In this document: positions 15,321 to 24,039 of the stretch, piece by piece
Layout: each line of letters starts with the position of its first letter
How positions within the stretch are numbered: the stretch's first letter is position 1
NCBI GenBank assembly: GCA_965228485.1
Contig: OZ245819.1
Location: 210,001-242,000, forward strand
Source of the DNA: Candidatus Saccharimonadota bacterium
GTDB taxonomy: Bacteria > Patescibacteriota > Gracilibacteria > UBA4473
DNA length: 32,000 nt
Reading direction: 5' to 3'
Made by a program: the position numbers and the translations under genes
Notes under the pieces: generated by a model
The model's database searches: none
Told to the model about the DNA's origin: nothing
Seen by the model: only the letters and a program-made list of their open reading frames with translations

Positions 15321-18300
15321 ATGAATCAGAAGCCGTTTGTGAATCTTCACGCTCATTCTTATTATTCTATTTTGGAGTCTTCAAATGCTCCGAAAGATTT
15401 ATTGAATGCGGCAAAAGAAATGGGGGCAATCGCTACGGCTATTACTGATACTGGTGTTGGTCATGGTTTTGTTGATTTTGTTGAATCAGCTAACAAAGTA
15501 GGAGATATCAAGCCTATTTTAGGAGCAGAAATTTTTGTATCTAAAGATTCTAGATTTGAAAAAAGGCAAGGACTTGATGGTAATGAAGGTTATATTGTAC
15601 TTTTAGCCCAAACCAAAGTAGGTTATGAAAACCTTCTTAAGCTTATATCTCTAGCACACCTTCAAGGCTATTTTTATAAACCGAGGGTCGATTGGGAGCT
15701 TTTAGAGGCTCACAAAGAAGGATTAATCTGTTTGACTGGGGCTGAAGGGAGTCTTATTGATAAAGCTTTGCAGTTTGAAGGACAAAATTCAGCTAAGGAG
15801 CTTGTTGATAAATTAAAAGCACTTTATACCAACAGTTTTTATGGAGAACTTTGTGCACGAAATACTCCAGAACAGAAGAACCTTAATGAATTTATAGTAG
15901 GAGAGGGGATTAATACTGTAGTAACCTCGAACGCTCGTTTTATTAAACCAGAAGATGAAGAAGCTGCTGACACGCTTTACTGTATTGGGAAAAATCAACT
16001 TGTAAGTGATCCTTCTCGTCCTAAGATTATGTCTGGGAGCTGGTTTAAAAACTGGGAAGCTATTCAAATGGATCTAATTTATATTGATCCTTCAATATTG
16101 GAAACCTCTCGAGAAAACACTTTGTTAGTTGCTGATAGTATAGGTTTTGAAATGGAGTTTGATCAGCAACTTCTTCCTTATTTTGAGGTAGAAGAAGGGT
16201 TAAATCAGGCTGAGCAGTTAAGAAAAAATTGCGAAGAAAATATTCCTCTTAGGTACAAGACCTCAGAAGATCAAAAAGCCGCTAAAGAGAGATTGGATTA
16301 TGAATTAAGCATTATTAGCAAAATGGGTTTTGATTCTTATTTCTTGATTGTAGCTGATTTTATTGATTTTGCTCGTAATAATGGAATTTCTGTTGGGCCA
16401 GGAAGGGGTTCAGCAGCAGGGTCTATTGTTTCTTTTTTACTTGGAATTACGAACATTGACCCCATTTATTACGAATTGCTTTTTGAGAGGTTTCTCAATC
16501 CAGAAAGAATTTCAATGCCAGATATTGATATTGATTTTTCCGATGAAAGACGAGATGAAGTATTACAATATGTGATTGAAAAGTATGGTATTGAAAAAGT
16601 TTCTAAGGTTTGCACCTTTGGAACTTTGGCAGCCAAAGCCGCACTAAAGGATGTTGGGAGAGCTCGAGGAATTCCTTTTGCAGAGATGAATGCGATGACG
16701 AAACTCCTTCCGAATAAGCCAGGATTTAGTTTGAGCGATGCAGAAGAAGTAAAAGACTTTACAGATTTATTAGATAAGAATCTTGGTCTACAAAAAGTTT
16801 TTGAAGTGAGTAGAAAATTAGAGGGTTGTGTTCGACATGTCTCAGTTCATGCTTGTGCGGTGATTATTGGACAATCCGATCTTAGTGAACACACTCCTAT
16901 TCAGTGGGCACCTGGGGCAGAAGAGATCAAAATTACCCAATTTCCTTATCAACAATTAGAACACTTGGGACTCCTAAAAATGGACTTTTTGGGCTTAAAA
17001 AATCTGACAGTTTTGGAAAGGGCTATTTTAAATATTGAAAAAAGTATAGGCAACAAACTCGATCTCAATGACATTCCATTAAATGATAAAAAGACTTTTG
17101 AAATGTTATCAGAAGGGGAAACAACAGGAGTTTTTCAATTTGAATCTGCGGGAATGAGACGTTATCTAAAAGAGTTAAAACCGACAGAATTAGAAGATCT
17201 TGTGGCCATGAATGCCCTTTACAGACCTGGGCCAATGGAATACATTCCTCAATATATTAAAGGAAAACATGATCCAAAAACGGTAAAATATATGCACAAA
17301 GATCTAGAAATGATCTTGAAAAAAACTTACGGAATTGCCGTTTATCAAGAACAAGTATTAAGAATTGCTCAGGAATTTGCTGGTTTCTCTTTGGGAGAAG
17401 CCGATATTCTTCGGAAGGCTATTGGGAAAAAAATTGCTTCTATTCTTGCTGAACAACGAGCAAAATTCATTGATGGAGCGGTTAAAAAAGGGTATGATAA
17501 AAAATTGGCTACAAAAATCTTTGATGATATTGTGGTTCCATTTTCAGGATATGGGTTTAACCGGTCTCATGCGGTTTGTTATGCAAGAATTGCCTATGAA
17601 ACAGCTTATTTGAGAGCCAATTATCCTGTTGAGTTTATGGCTGCAATGATGACGGCTGATCGAAATAACACTGACAGGATTGTACTAGAAATGAATGAAT
17701 GTCAGTCTATGGGGATTGAAGTACTACCGCCAAGCGTAAATGAATCAGGAAGCCATTTTACAGTTATTACCGAATCGAATGAGGTTCTTCCTTTAGAAAA
17801 TGATGAAAAATCTTTATCAAAAATTCGTTTTGGTTTAACCGCTATTAAAGGATTGGGAGAAGATACGGTTGATATCATCATTTTTGAGAGAAATCAGAAT
17901 GGAAAATATAAGAATCTTCAAGATTTTGCGAAAAGAGTTCCAGCGAAAGTGATGAATAAGAAGACGCTAGAAGCACTTGCTTTTTCAGGGGCCTTAGATG
18001 CTTTTGGTAATAGAGGAGCGATTGTTGATTCTCTTGATGAATTAGCAAAATTTGCTCGAGATTATCAACACAAGGAAAGTGCTGGTCAGATGGGTTTATT
18101 TGGTGGCGTTGATGAAGCCGCTATAGAATTTTCTCTTAAAGAGACTGTCGCTACGAAAGAAGATATTCTTGCTTGGGAAAGAGAGAGTTTGGGGTTGTTT
18201 GTTTCTGATCATCCATTAAAAGGTTTGAACGATTATTTTGAAAAGTATGGAACACTTATTGGAAGGCTGAACGAATCAGAAGACAAAGGACAGAGAAGAA

Positions 18301-18848
18301 CTATTCATGGGCTTGTAATTAAGTGTAGAAAAATTATTACCAAAAGAGGTAAGAATATGGCCATTTTAGAGTTGGAAGATACTTCTGGAAAAATCGAATG
18401 TGCCATTTTCCCCAATGCTTATGACAAGATTCCTGCTCAAGCTCTTAATGAAGATGCCTTTTTGCGGGTTCGAGGAAAAGTTGAGGCTAGAGATGGTCAG
18501 CTTAATTGTATTGTTGATGAAATAAAGGTTGGAAATCTCAAAGATATTCAAAATTCTACTGCTATGTTTGCTAATGAGAAAAAACCAAAAGAAGAGAAAG
18601 TTGTACCTCCACCAACTCAAATTACCAAAGATATTTATGAAATTGTTGTGCCAGAAAATACTTCAAAAGAAATAGTGAACCGTTTGAAAATACTTTTATT
18701 TGAATCTAAGGCAGAAGGGGAATCTGGAACTAGTGTAACGGTCGCTTTTAAAGGTAAGACGGTTGAGATTCCTTTTAAAATTAAACATACGGCCTCTTTG
18801 GAGGAAAAAATTAATACTTTACTTAGACCAGAAGAAATTCATTTTTAA
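15321..18848 (+). CDS. dnaE: DNA polymerase III alpha subunit
   Basis: This is a 1175-aa ORF. It has the PHP domain FVNLHAHSYYSILES, the polymerase core PDIDIDF and GLLKMDFLGLKNLT, HhH and OB-fold regions, and the FGLTAIKGLG motif. Confidence 0.97.
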   Translation: MNQKPFVNLHAHSYYSILESSNAPKDLLNAAKEMGAIATAITDTGVGHGFVDFVESANKVGDIKPILGAEIFVSKDSRFEKRQGLDGNEGYIVLLAQTKVGYENLLKLISLAHLQGYFYKPRVDWELLEAHKEGLICLTGAEGSLIDKALQFEGQNSAKELVDKLKALYTNSFYGELCARNTPEQKNLNEFIVGEGINTVVTSNARFIKPEDEEAADTLYCIGKNQLVSDPSRPKIMSGSWFKNWEAIQMDLIYIDPSILETSRENTLLVADSIGFEMEFDQQLLPYFEVEEGLNQAEQLRKNCEENIPLRYKTSEDQKAAKERLDYELSIISKMGFDSYFLIVADFIDFARNNGISVGPGRGSAAGSIVSFLLGITNIDPIYYELLFERFLNPERISMPDIDIDFSDERRDEVLQYVIEKYGIEKVSKVCTFGTLAAKAALKDVGRARGIPFAEMNAMTKLLPNKPGFSLSDAEEVKDFTDLLDKNLGLQKVFEVSRKLEGCVRHVSVHACAVIIGQSDLSEHTPIQWAPGAEEIKITQFPYQQLEHLGLLKMDFLGLKNLTVLERAILNIEKSIGNKLDLNDIPLNDKKTFEMLSEGETTGVFQFESAGMRRYLKELKPTELEDLVAMNALYRPGPMEYIPQYIKGKHDPKTVKYMHKDLEMILKKTYGIAVYQEQVLRIAQEFAGFSLGEADILRKAIGKKIASILAEQRAKFIDGAVKKGYDKKLATKIFDDIVVPFSGYGFNRSHAVCYARIAYETAYLRANYPVEFMAAMMTADRNNTDRIVLEMNECQSMGIEVLPPSVNESGSHFTVITESNEVLPLENDEKSLSKIRFGLTAIKGLGEDTVDIIIFERNQNGKYKNLQDFAKRVPAKVMNKKTLEALAFSGALDAFGNRGAIVDSLDELAKFARDYQHKESAGQMGLFGGVDEAAIEFSLKETVATKEDILAWERESLGLFVSDHPLKGLNDYFEKYGTLIGRLNESEDKGQRRTIHGLVIKCRKIITKRGKNMAILELEDTSGKIECAIFPNAYDKIPAQALNEDAFLRVRGKVEARDGQLNCIVDEIKVGNLKDIQNSTAMFANEKKPKEEKVVPPPTQITKDIYEIVVPENTSKEIVNRLKILLFESKAEGESGTSVTVAFKGKTVEIPFKIKHTASLEEKINTLLRPEEIHF

Positions 18849-18881
18849 GGATTCTTTTTTTAATGTAGAATTAAACTATTA

Positions 18882-19835
18882 ATGAAAGTACTCATCTTAG
18901 CTGGGGGTTTTGCTACGCGTTTATGGCCACTGACAGAGTCTCGGGCTAAGCCACTCTTAGTCGTCGATGGGAAAACTATTTTGGCTCACGTTTTAGAGTC
19001 TGTAACTGCTTCTCACAAATTCAAGCCAGAGGACATATTTCTTTTAACAAACTCTAAATTTGAGAAAGATTTTAAAACAGAATTATCTCAATTAGGCTTA
19101 GAAAATACACATGTTTTTTGTGAAGAAGCTTTTGCTGATGGAGAAAAATTAGGAGCTCTTGGGGCTATTTCTGTGGCCATAGAGCATTTTAGAATTGATG
19201 AATCAATCTTAGTTCTGGCTGGAGATAATATTCTTTCTCATTTTGATGCTTCTAAGATGCTTTGCGAAGATGATGAATCTGTCTTAACGGTTAGAACGGT
19301 TGAAGATCCTTTTGAAGCTCGTAAATTTGGAGTTGTTGAATTAAACAGTGAAGGTTGCGTGGTTGGTTTTGAAGAAAAACCTGAGCATCCAAAATCACTG
19401 GATGTTTCAGCTGGCTTTATGAGTTTTGGAAAAAATCTTTTATCGCTCATTACTCATTTTGCCAAAACATCCCCAGATGCTTTGGGAGGAATTTTCCCAG
19501 AGATATTAAGAAATCAAAAGAGAGTTCGAGCTTACAAAACTCAGGGACACTGGTTTGATGTTGGAAGTTTTGATACTTATCTAGAAGCGCATAAAGCTTT
19601 GCAATCCGAAAAAAGAGAAAGTGTAAAAAACAATAATTTTTCAGGCAAGGTGTATGTTTCTGATACCGCTTCGGTTAAGAATTCTACTCTTATTGATACT
19701 ATTGTTTATCCTGGAACGAAGATTGAAAACTGTAGACTCTCTAATTGTGTTATTGATCAAAACTGTATTCTTTCCGGAGTTGATTTAAATAGAAAACTTG
19801 TTCGCCAAAATACTCATCTAGCCTTCCAGTCATGA
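18882..19835 (+). CDS. Sugar-phosphate nucleotidyltransferase (NTP_transferase fold) with a C-terminal left-handed-helix-like region
   Basis: MKVLILAGGFATRLWPLTESRAKPLL matches the GGxGTRLxPLT signature, here with GFATRL. The LAGDNI and GHWFDVGSFDTY blocks are present. I cannot determine substrate specificity from the sequence. Confidence 0.8.
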   Translation: MKVLILAGGFATRLWPLTESRAKPLLVVDGKTILAHVLESVTASHKFKPEDIFLLTNSKFEKDFKTELSQLGLENTHVFCEEAFADGEKLGALGAISVAIEHFRIDESILVLAGDNILSHFDASKMLCEDDESVLTVRTVEDPFEARKFGVVELNSEGCVVGFEEKPEHPKSLDVSAGFMSFGKNLLSLITHFAKTSPDALGGIFPEILRNQKRVRAYKTQGHWFDVGSFDTYLEAHKALQSEKRESVKNNNFSGKVYVSDTASVKNSTLIDTIVYPGTKIENCRLSNCVIDQNCILSGVDLNRKLVRQNTHLAFQS

Positions 19836-20446
19836 AAAAAGCTCAAGGAGAATCAGCTATTCGCTTAATTTTATTGTCGATATTTGTTATTTTACTTATT
19901 GGGTTCTTTCTAAGGAATGCGGCCTTGTATATTAGAGCTTCTCATGAAGCAACAGCACAGGATCAACTATCAAAGATGAATTTTCTCATTCAGGCTTATT
20001 TTATAGAAAATAATAATTCCTATTTTGTTCATACACATTCAGATATTTTCATGCCTTATGAAGGAAACTCTAGAAAGGGGATTAAACCCAGCAAGCAGAC
20101 ATTAGCTCAGCTATTTTTAGAAAACGATTTCACGCCTGCAAAACCAGGGAAAACAAACTGTTATCTATATGTTTATTGGCCAGCTGAAATAAGTCGTGAA
20201 AATTTAGATAAAGATAAAAATCTTTATTTAATTTCAACATGGGGAGTCCAGACAAACACCGTCTTGACTGCTGGATCATTAGAACTACAAAAGTGGGCTC
20301 AGAAGAATTTAAAGGAAAATCATTTTGAGTGTGATATTTCAAAAATGACTCCTAGACGCAAAGCGATTTCACTTGATGGTTCATCAATAAATATACCAGG
20401 ATTTAATTTTCAATTTGTAGAGGACCAATATACAAAATCCTACTAA
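19832..20446 (+). CDS. Type IV pilin-like/pseudopilin-like protein with a non-canonical N-terminus
   Basis: The start ATGA overlaps the upstream stop. In MKKAQG|ESAIRLILLSIFVILLIGFFL, a short basic leader ends in Gly and is followed by a roughly 20-aa hydrophobic helix. Next comes ALYIRASHEATAQDQLSKMNFLIQAYFIENNNSY, which follows the pilin alpha-1C pattern (A..L..i..A...Y...ng.Y). Positions +1 and +5 are E and R instead of F/M and E. Confidence 0.5.
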   Translation: MKKAQGESAIRLILLSIFVILLIGFFLRNAALYIRASHEATAQDQLSKMNFLIQAYFIENNNSYFVHTHSDIFMPYEGNSRKGIKPSKQTLAQLFLENDFTPAKPGKTNCYLYVYWPAEISRENLDKDKNLYLISTWGVQTNTVLTAGSLELQKWAQKNLKENHFECDISKMTPRRKAISLDGSSINIPGFNFQFVEDQYTKSY

Positions 20447-21153
20447 ATAATCATATCTAGGGTGTTTTCTAATAGAGCCTTGTTCACTCCATACTTCATT
20501 CTCATTGGGCCAAGAATCCCAAGGTGTCCAGAGATGTTCTCGTTTTTAAAATAAGAAACGAGCATTGCACAACTCGAAATTTCTTCAAGAAGGTTTTCCT
20601 CACCAATAAATATTTTTACATTTTTTTCTGGAAGACTTAGTCCAGATAGAAGTTTTTGTAGCTGAGTTCTCCCTTCAAATACTTCAAAAATCTGAGCAGC
20701 CTTTTCTGGTTCAGCAATAAACTCAGGACTTCGTAACACATTAGAAAGTCCCAAGTAGAAAGTTTGATCATCTTCAATACTGGCGAAGGCAACGTTCCCT
20801 GAAAGCTGAGAAATAATTCTAAGGGCATCGAAGAGGCTTTCTTTGCTTTTAGAGAGCTTGTATTCTTGAACGTATTTTTCAAATATATTATGAACAATCT
20901 GTTGATCTTCTTGTTCATCGATAAGCTCATCTACAAAAAAACGATATCCTTTTTGAGTTGGAACTTTACCAGCAGAAACATGAGGAGAATGAATCAGACC
21001 TACTTCTTCCAAGATAGCAAATTCATTTCTTACGGTTGCGGAAGATATATCAAAGTTATGAGACTCGATTAACTTCTTTGAAGCTACAGGATTTGCAGTC
21101 TCAATAAAGTCTTGAACAAGAGTTTTTAAAATTATGAGTGTTCGTTCTTTCAT
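20443..21153 (-). CDS. hrcA: Heat-inducible transcription repressor HrcA (short form, 236 aa)
   Basis: I chose the start at Met57 of the track ORF (cat at 21151-21153). MKERTLIILKTLVQDFIETANPVASKKLIE...SSATVRNEFAILEEVGLIHSPHVSAGKVPTQKGYRFFVDELI is the canonical HrcA winged-helix N-terminus. The C-terminal GILGPMRMKYGVN matches the conserved IGPtRMdY block. Confidence 0.9.
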   Translation of the reverse strand: MKERTLIILKTLVQDFIETANPVASKKLIESHNFDISSATVRNEFAILEEVGLIHSPHVSAGKVPTQKGYRFFVDELIDEQEDQQIVHNIFEKYVQEYKLSKSKESLFDALRIISQLSGNVAFASIEDDQTFYLGLSNVLRSPEFIAEPEKAAQIFEVFEGRTQLQKLLSGLSLPEKNVKIFIGEENLLEEISSCAMLVSYFKNENISGHLGILGPMRMKYGVNKALLENTLDMII

Positions 21154-21183
21154 CAAAATATATTCTAAGTAAAGTAGCAATAT

Positions 21184-23313
21184 ATGCAATATGTTGAGGT
21201 ATACTTGAAGAACGTTACAGAAATTTATACTTGGCACACAAGTATACCTGTTCAGATTGGGAGTAGGGTTGAACTCCTTTTCAGAAATAAGCCAAAAATT
21301 GGAGTTGTTACTAAAATTCATACAACTCCTCCTGATTTTGAAACCAAAAGCATTCTGAGCGTTCTAGATCTGGAATTTGTTCCCTCTAAGTATATTGATT
21401 TTGCTTTTGATATTTCAGAAATCTGCTTTTGCAAGCCCACTAAGGTGTTGAGCCTTATGATTCCTTCTAAGTTTTTTTTAAAGAAACAAGCTTTAGAGAT
21501 GAATCGTTATTATACTTTGATAGAAAAAAATCGAGAAGTATTAGAAAAAATAAAGGGAAAAAAACAAAAAGAACTTATTGAGTATTTAGGCAATAATCCT
21601 CAAGTAGAACATAGTGTTATTACTAAACTGTTTACAACGGGAACTATCAAATCTCTCTTAGATCGGGATATTATTAGATGTGAAAAAAATGGATATATAT
21701 TGGCTTCTAATTGTGAAGAATTAGATGAAGCGGTTGCACTGAGCTCTGTGCAATTGAAGGCTGTTAAAAGCATAAAAAATGCAGAGACACCTTCTTTGTT
21801 ATGGGGAGTCACAGGAAGTGGAAAAACTGAGATTTACAAGCAGCTAGCCAAAGAGTTAATAACTCAAGATGGTCAAATGTTATTACTAGTTCCAGAGATT
21901 GGACTGACACCTCAACTCATTAATCACTTTAAAGGGATATTTGGGGACAAGGTTGTTGTTTGGCATTCTAATTTATCTGATGGAGAAAAATTACGTACTT
22001 GGCTGAGTATGTTTACAGGAGAAGCCAAAGTTTTAATTGGAGCTCGTTCGGCCGTTTTAGTGCCGATTCCAAATCTTAAGCTTATAATTTTAGACGAAGA
22101 ACATGAATGGACTTATAAAAACGAATTTGTTCCGAGGTTTTGGACTCATGACATTGTTGAATTGTTGGCACAAAAATTTGAGGCACAACTACTCTTTGGG
22201 ACCGCTACTCCAAGAGTTGAAAGTATTAATAGGGTCGAAAAAGATGACTGGAATTTGGTTCGCTTAGATAAACGTTTTTTTGAAGCTCCAAAATCAAATA
22301 TTCAATTAGTGGATCTTAAAAATGAAATAAAAAGAGGAAATGCTTCACCTTTGTCAGAAGCACTTGTAAAAAATATTAGAGAAATTGTAAACGATAATAG
22401 ACAAGTTGTACTATTTCTCAATAAACGAGGTTTTGCAGGAGCAACTATGTGTCGTTTTTGTGGTCAAACTTTTGAGTGTAAAAACTGTAGTGCTCATATG
22501 AAAGTTCATGGGATCAGTCAACCTAAATTGATCTGTCATATCTGTCACTATATACAACCATTCCCCAAAAAATGCCCTACTTGTAGTTCTGAAAACTTTA
22601 AATTTCAAGGATGGGGGACGCAACAAGTTGAGCAATTGCTAAAACAAAATTTTCCTGACAAAAAAATTCTTAGGGCTGATAGCGATGCTTTGGGGAGTAA
22701 ATATGATTTTGATGATTTAATACAAAAGTTCCACAATCATGAAGCTGACATATTGCTCGGAACACAGATGATTGCTAAAGGTCTTGATTTTGCAAAAGTT
22801 GATTTAGTCGGTCTTATTTTAGCAGATGTAGGGCTTAACCTGCCTGATTTTAGGTCTGAAGAAAGAGTTTTTCAGTTATTAAATCAGGTAGCAGGAAGAA
22901 CGGGGAGAAGGGGACAAGAAAGCCGTGTTATTGTTCAGACTTTTGAACCAGATCATGAAGTTTTTAAATATCTTTTAAAAGATGATATTCCTGGATTTTT
23001 GGAGACCCAAAAGTTATCTAGAAAGTCTATGAATATGCCACCGTTTAGCCACATTGCTAAAATTACCTTTTCTGATCCGAGTAAAACTACAGCCTTTGCT
23101 GAAACAAAAAAGTTTTTTGAAATCCTAAAGCAAATAATTACCGATGAAGAAGAATGCTTTTGGGCTCCAGCATTTTTTCCCAAAGTTCATAATAAATACT
23201 GGTTTTATATTTTTCTTAAGACTCGTGATATAGATAAAACAAAAGCAATACTTCAAAATGTCGATATTCCAAAAGAAGCAAAACTTGATCTGAGTCCTAT
23301 AAGTTTATTGTAA
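21184..23313 (+). CDS. priA: Primosomal replication-restart helicase PriA
   Basis: It has an N-terminal 3'-DNA-binding-type block (IGSRVELLFRNKPKIGVV), Walker A GVTGSGKTE, the DEEH box, and the Cys-rich zinc insertion CRFCGQTFECKNCSAHMKVH...CHICHY...CPTCSS. The motif QVAGRTGRRG is also present. Confidence 0.93.
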   Translation: MQYVEVYLKNVTEIYTWHTSIPVQIGSRVELLFRNKPKIGVVTKIHTTPPDFETKSILSVLDLEFVPSKYIDFAFDISEICFCKPTKVLSLMIPSKFFLKKQALEMNRYYTLIEKNREVLEKIKGKKQKELIEYLGNNPQVEHSVITKLFTTGTIKSLLDRDIIRCEKNGYILASNCEELDEAVALSSVQLKAVKSIKNAETPSLLWGVTGSGKTEIYKQLAKELITQDGQMLLLVPEIGLTPQLINHFKGIFGDKVVVWHSNLSDGEKLRTWLSMFTGEAKVLIGARSAVLVPIPNLKLIILDEEHEWTYKNEFVPRFWTHDIVELLAQKFEAQLLFGTATPRVESINRVEKDDWNLVRLDKRFFEAPKSNIQLVDLKNEIKRGNASPLSEALVKNIREIVNDNRQVVLFLNKRGFAGATMCRFCGQTFECKNCSAHMKVHGISQPKLICHICHYIQPFPKKCPTCSSENFKFQGWGTQQVEQLLKQNFPDKKILRADSDALGSKYDFDDLIQKFHNHEADILLGTQMIAKGLDFAKVDLVGLILADVGLNLPDFRSEERVFQLLNQVAGRTGRRGQESRVIVQTFEPDHEVFKYLLKDDIPGFLETQKLSRKSMNMPPFSHIAKITFSDPSKTTAFAETKKFFEILKQIITDEEECFWAPAFFPKVHNKYWFYIFLKTRDIDKTKAILQNVDIPKEAKLDLSPISLL

Positions 23314-24036
23314 AATCTTTTGAGGATATATGAGTTGACCATCCTTTATCAAGTTGTCTTCGAGAACCTTAAAATAAGTTTTGTCTAAATACATATTTAT
23401 TTTTTTGAGGTCTTCTTTTGTAGTATTTTTCCAGTCATATTTAATAAAATATTTAGAAATATTTCTTAAATTTTTTATTTCATATTCATAATCTTTTGTT
23501 TCTTTCAATAGTTCTAAAGTTTCTAATCTACTTAATTCGTGTTCGTAATACCTACTATCATGTACATGTAGATTTCTTTTATGAACATAACTCTTAAAAA
23601 CTTTTTCGACATCATTTTTTAAGAGAGTTGTTTTTTTCTTCACAGATTTATTTTGATAGGATTTATTAATGATATTTACGTGTTTTTTCAATCTTTCTTT
23701 TAAGAGATATATTTCGTGTAGATAGTTCTCAATGTTATATCTAAGAAATTCTACGTCACCTACTTTTTTAGTAGGAGATTTAACTCCGAGGTAGGCTTGT
23801 ATATTTTCTAGCTTTGTTAAAGAATCTAAAATTTCAATTAGCGATCTGCTTACTTCGCTAACAAATATCCCTTTTAAAGTTAAATATTTTGACTGATCAA
23901 AAAAATCCTTTTGGGGAGATAGCCAAACCTCATTAAGCTTTTTTCGATCTTCTTGTGTTAACCTTGATTCAAACTCTTCTATTTCTTCTATTGCAAGAGA
24001 ATTAATAATGAAGATGTATTTAGATGTGAATTTCAT
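23305..24036 (-). CDS. Orphan 243-aa protein, very AT-rich, with an RNxxxH (HEPN-like) motif
   Basis: The start lies 3 nt after the stop of the upstream 680-aa ORF. The protein is K/E/N/I/Y-rich and looks all-helical. It has a single KRNLHVHD motif (R codon 23575-23577, H codon 23560-23562). There is no signal peptide or TM segment. Confidence 0.7.
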   Translation of the reverse strand: MKFTSKYIFIINSLAIEEIEEFESRLTQEDRKKLNEVWLSPQKDFFDQSKYLTLKGIFVSEVSRSLIEILDSLTKLENIQAYLGVKSPTKKVGDVEFLRYNIENYLHEIYLLKERLKKHVNIINKSYQNKSVKKKTTLLKNDVEKVFKSYVHKRNLHVHDSRYYEHELSRLETLELLKETKDYEYEIKNLRNISKYFIKYDWKNTTKEDLKKINMYLDKTYFKVLEDNLIKDGQLIYPQKILQ

Positions 24037-24039
24037 TCT

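Noticed and set aside
21154-21321. A 56-codon N-terminal extension of the hrcA ORF (MNFSNNSNFWLISEK...).
   Set aside because: It would overlap the priA start by 138 nt, and its sequence is not HrcA-like. The canonical HrcA N-terminus begins exactly at the internal Met (21153).
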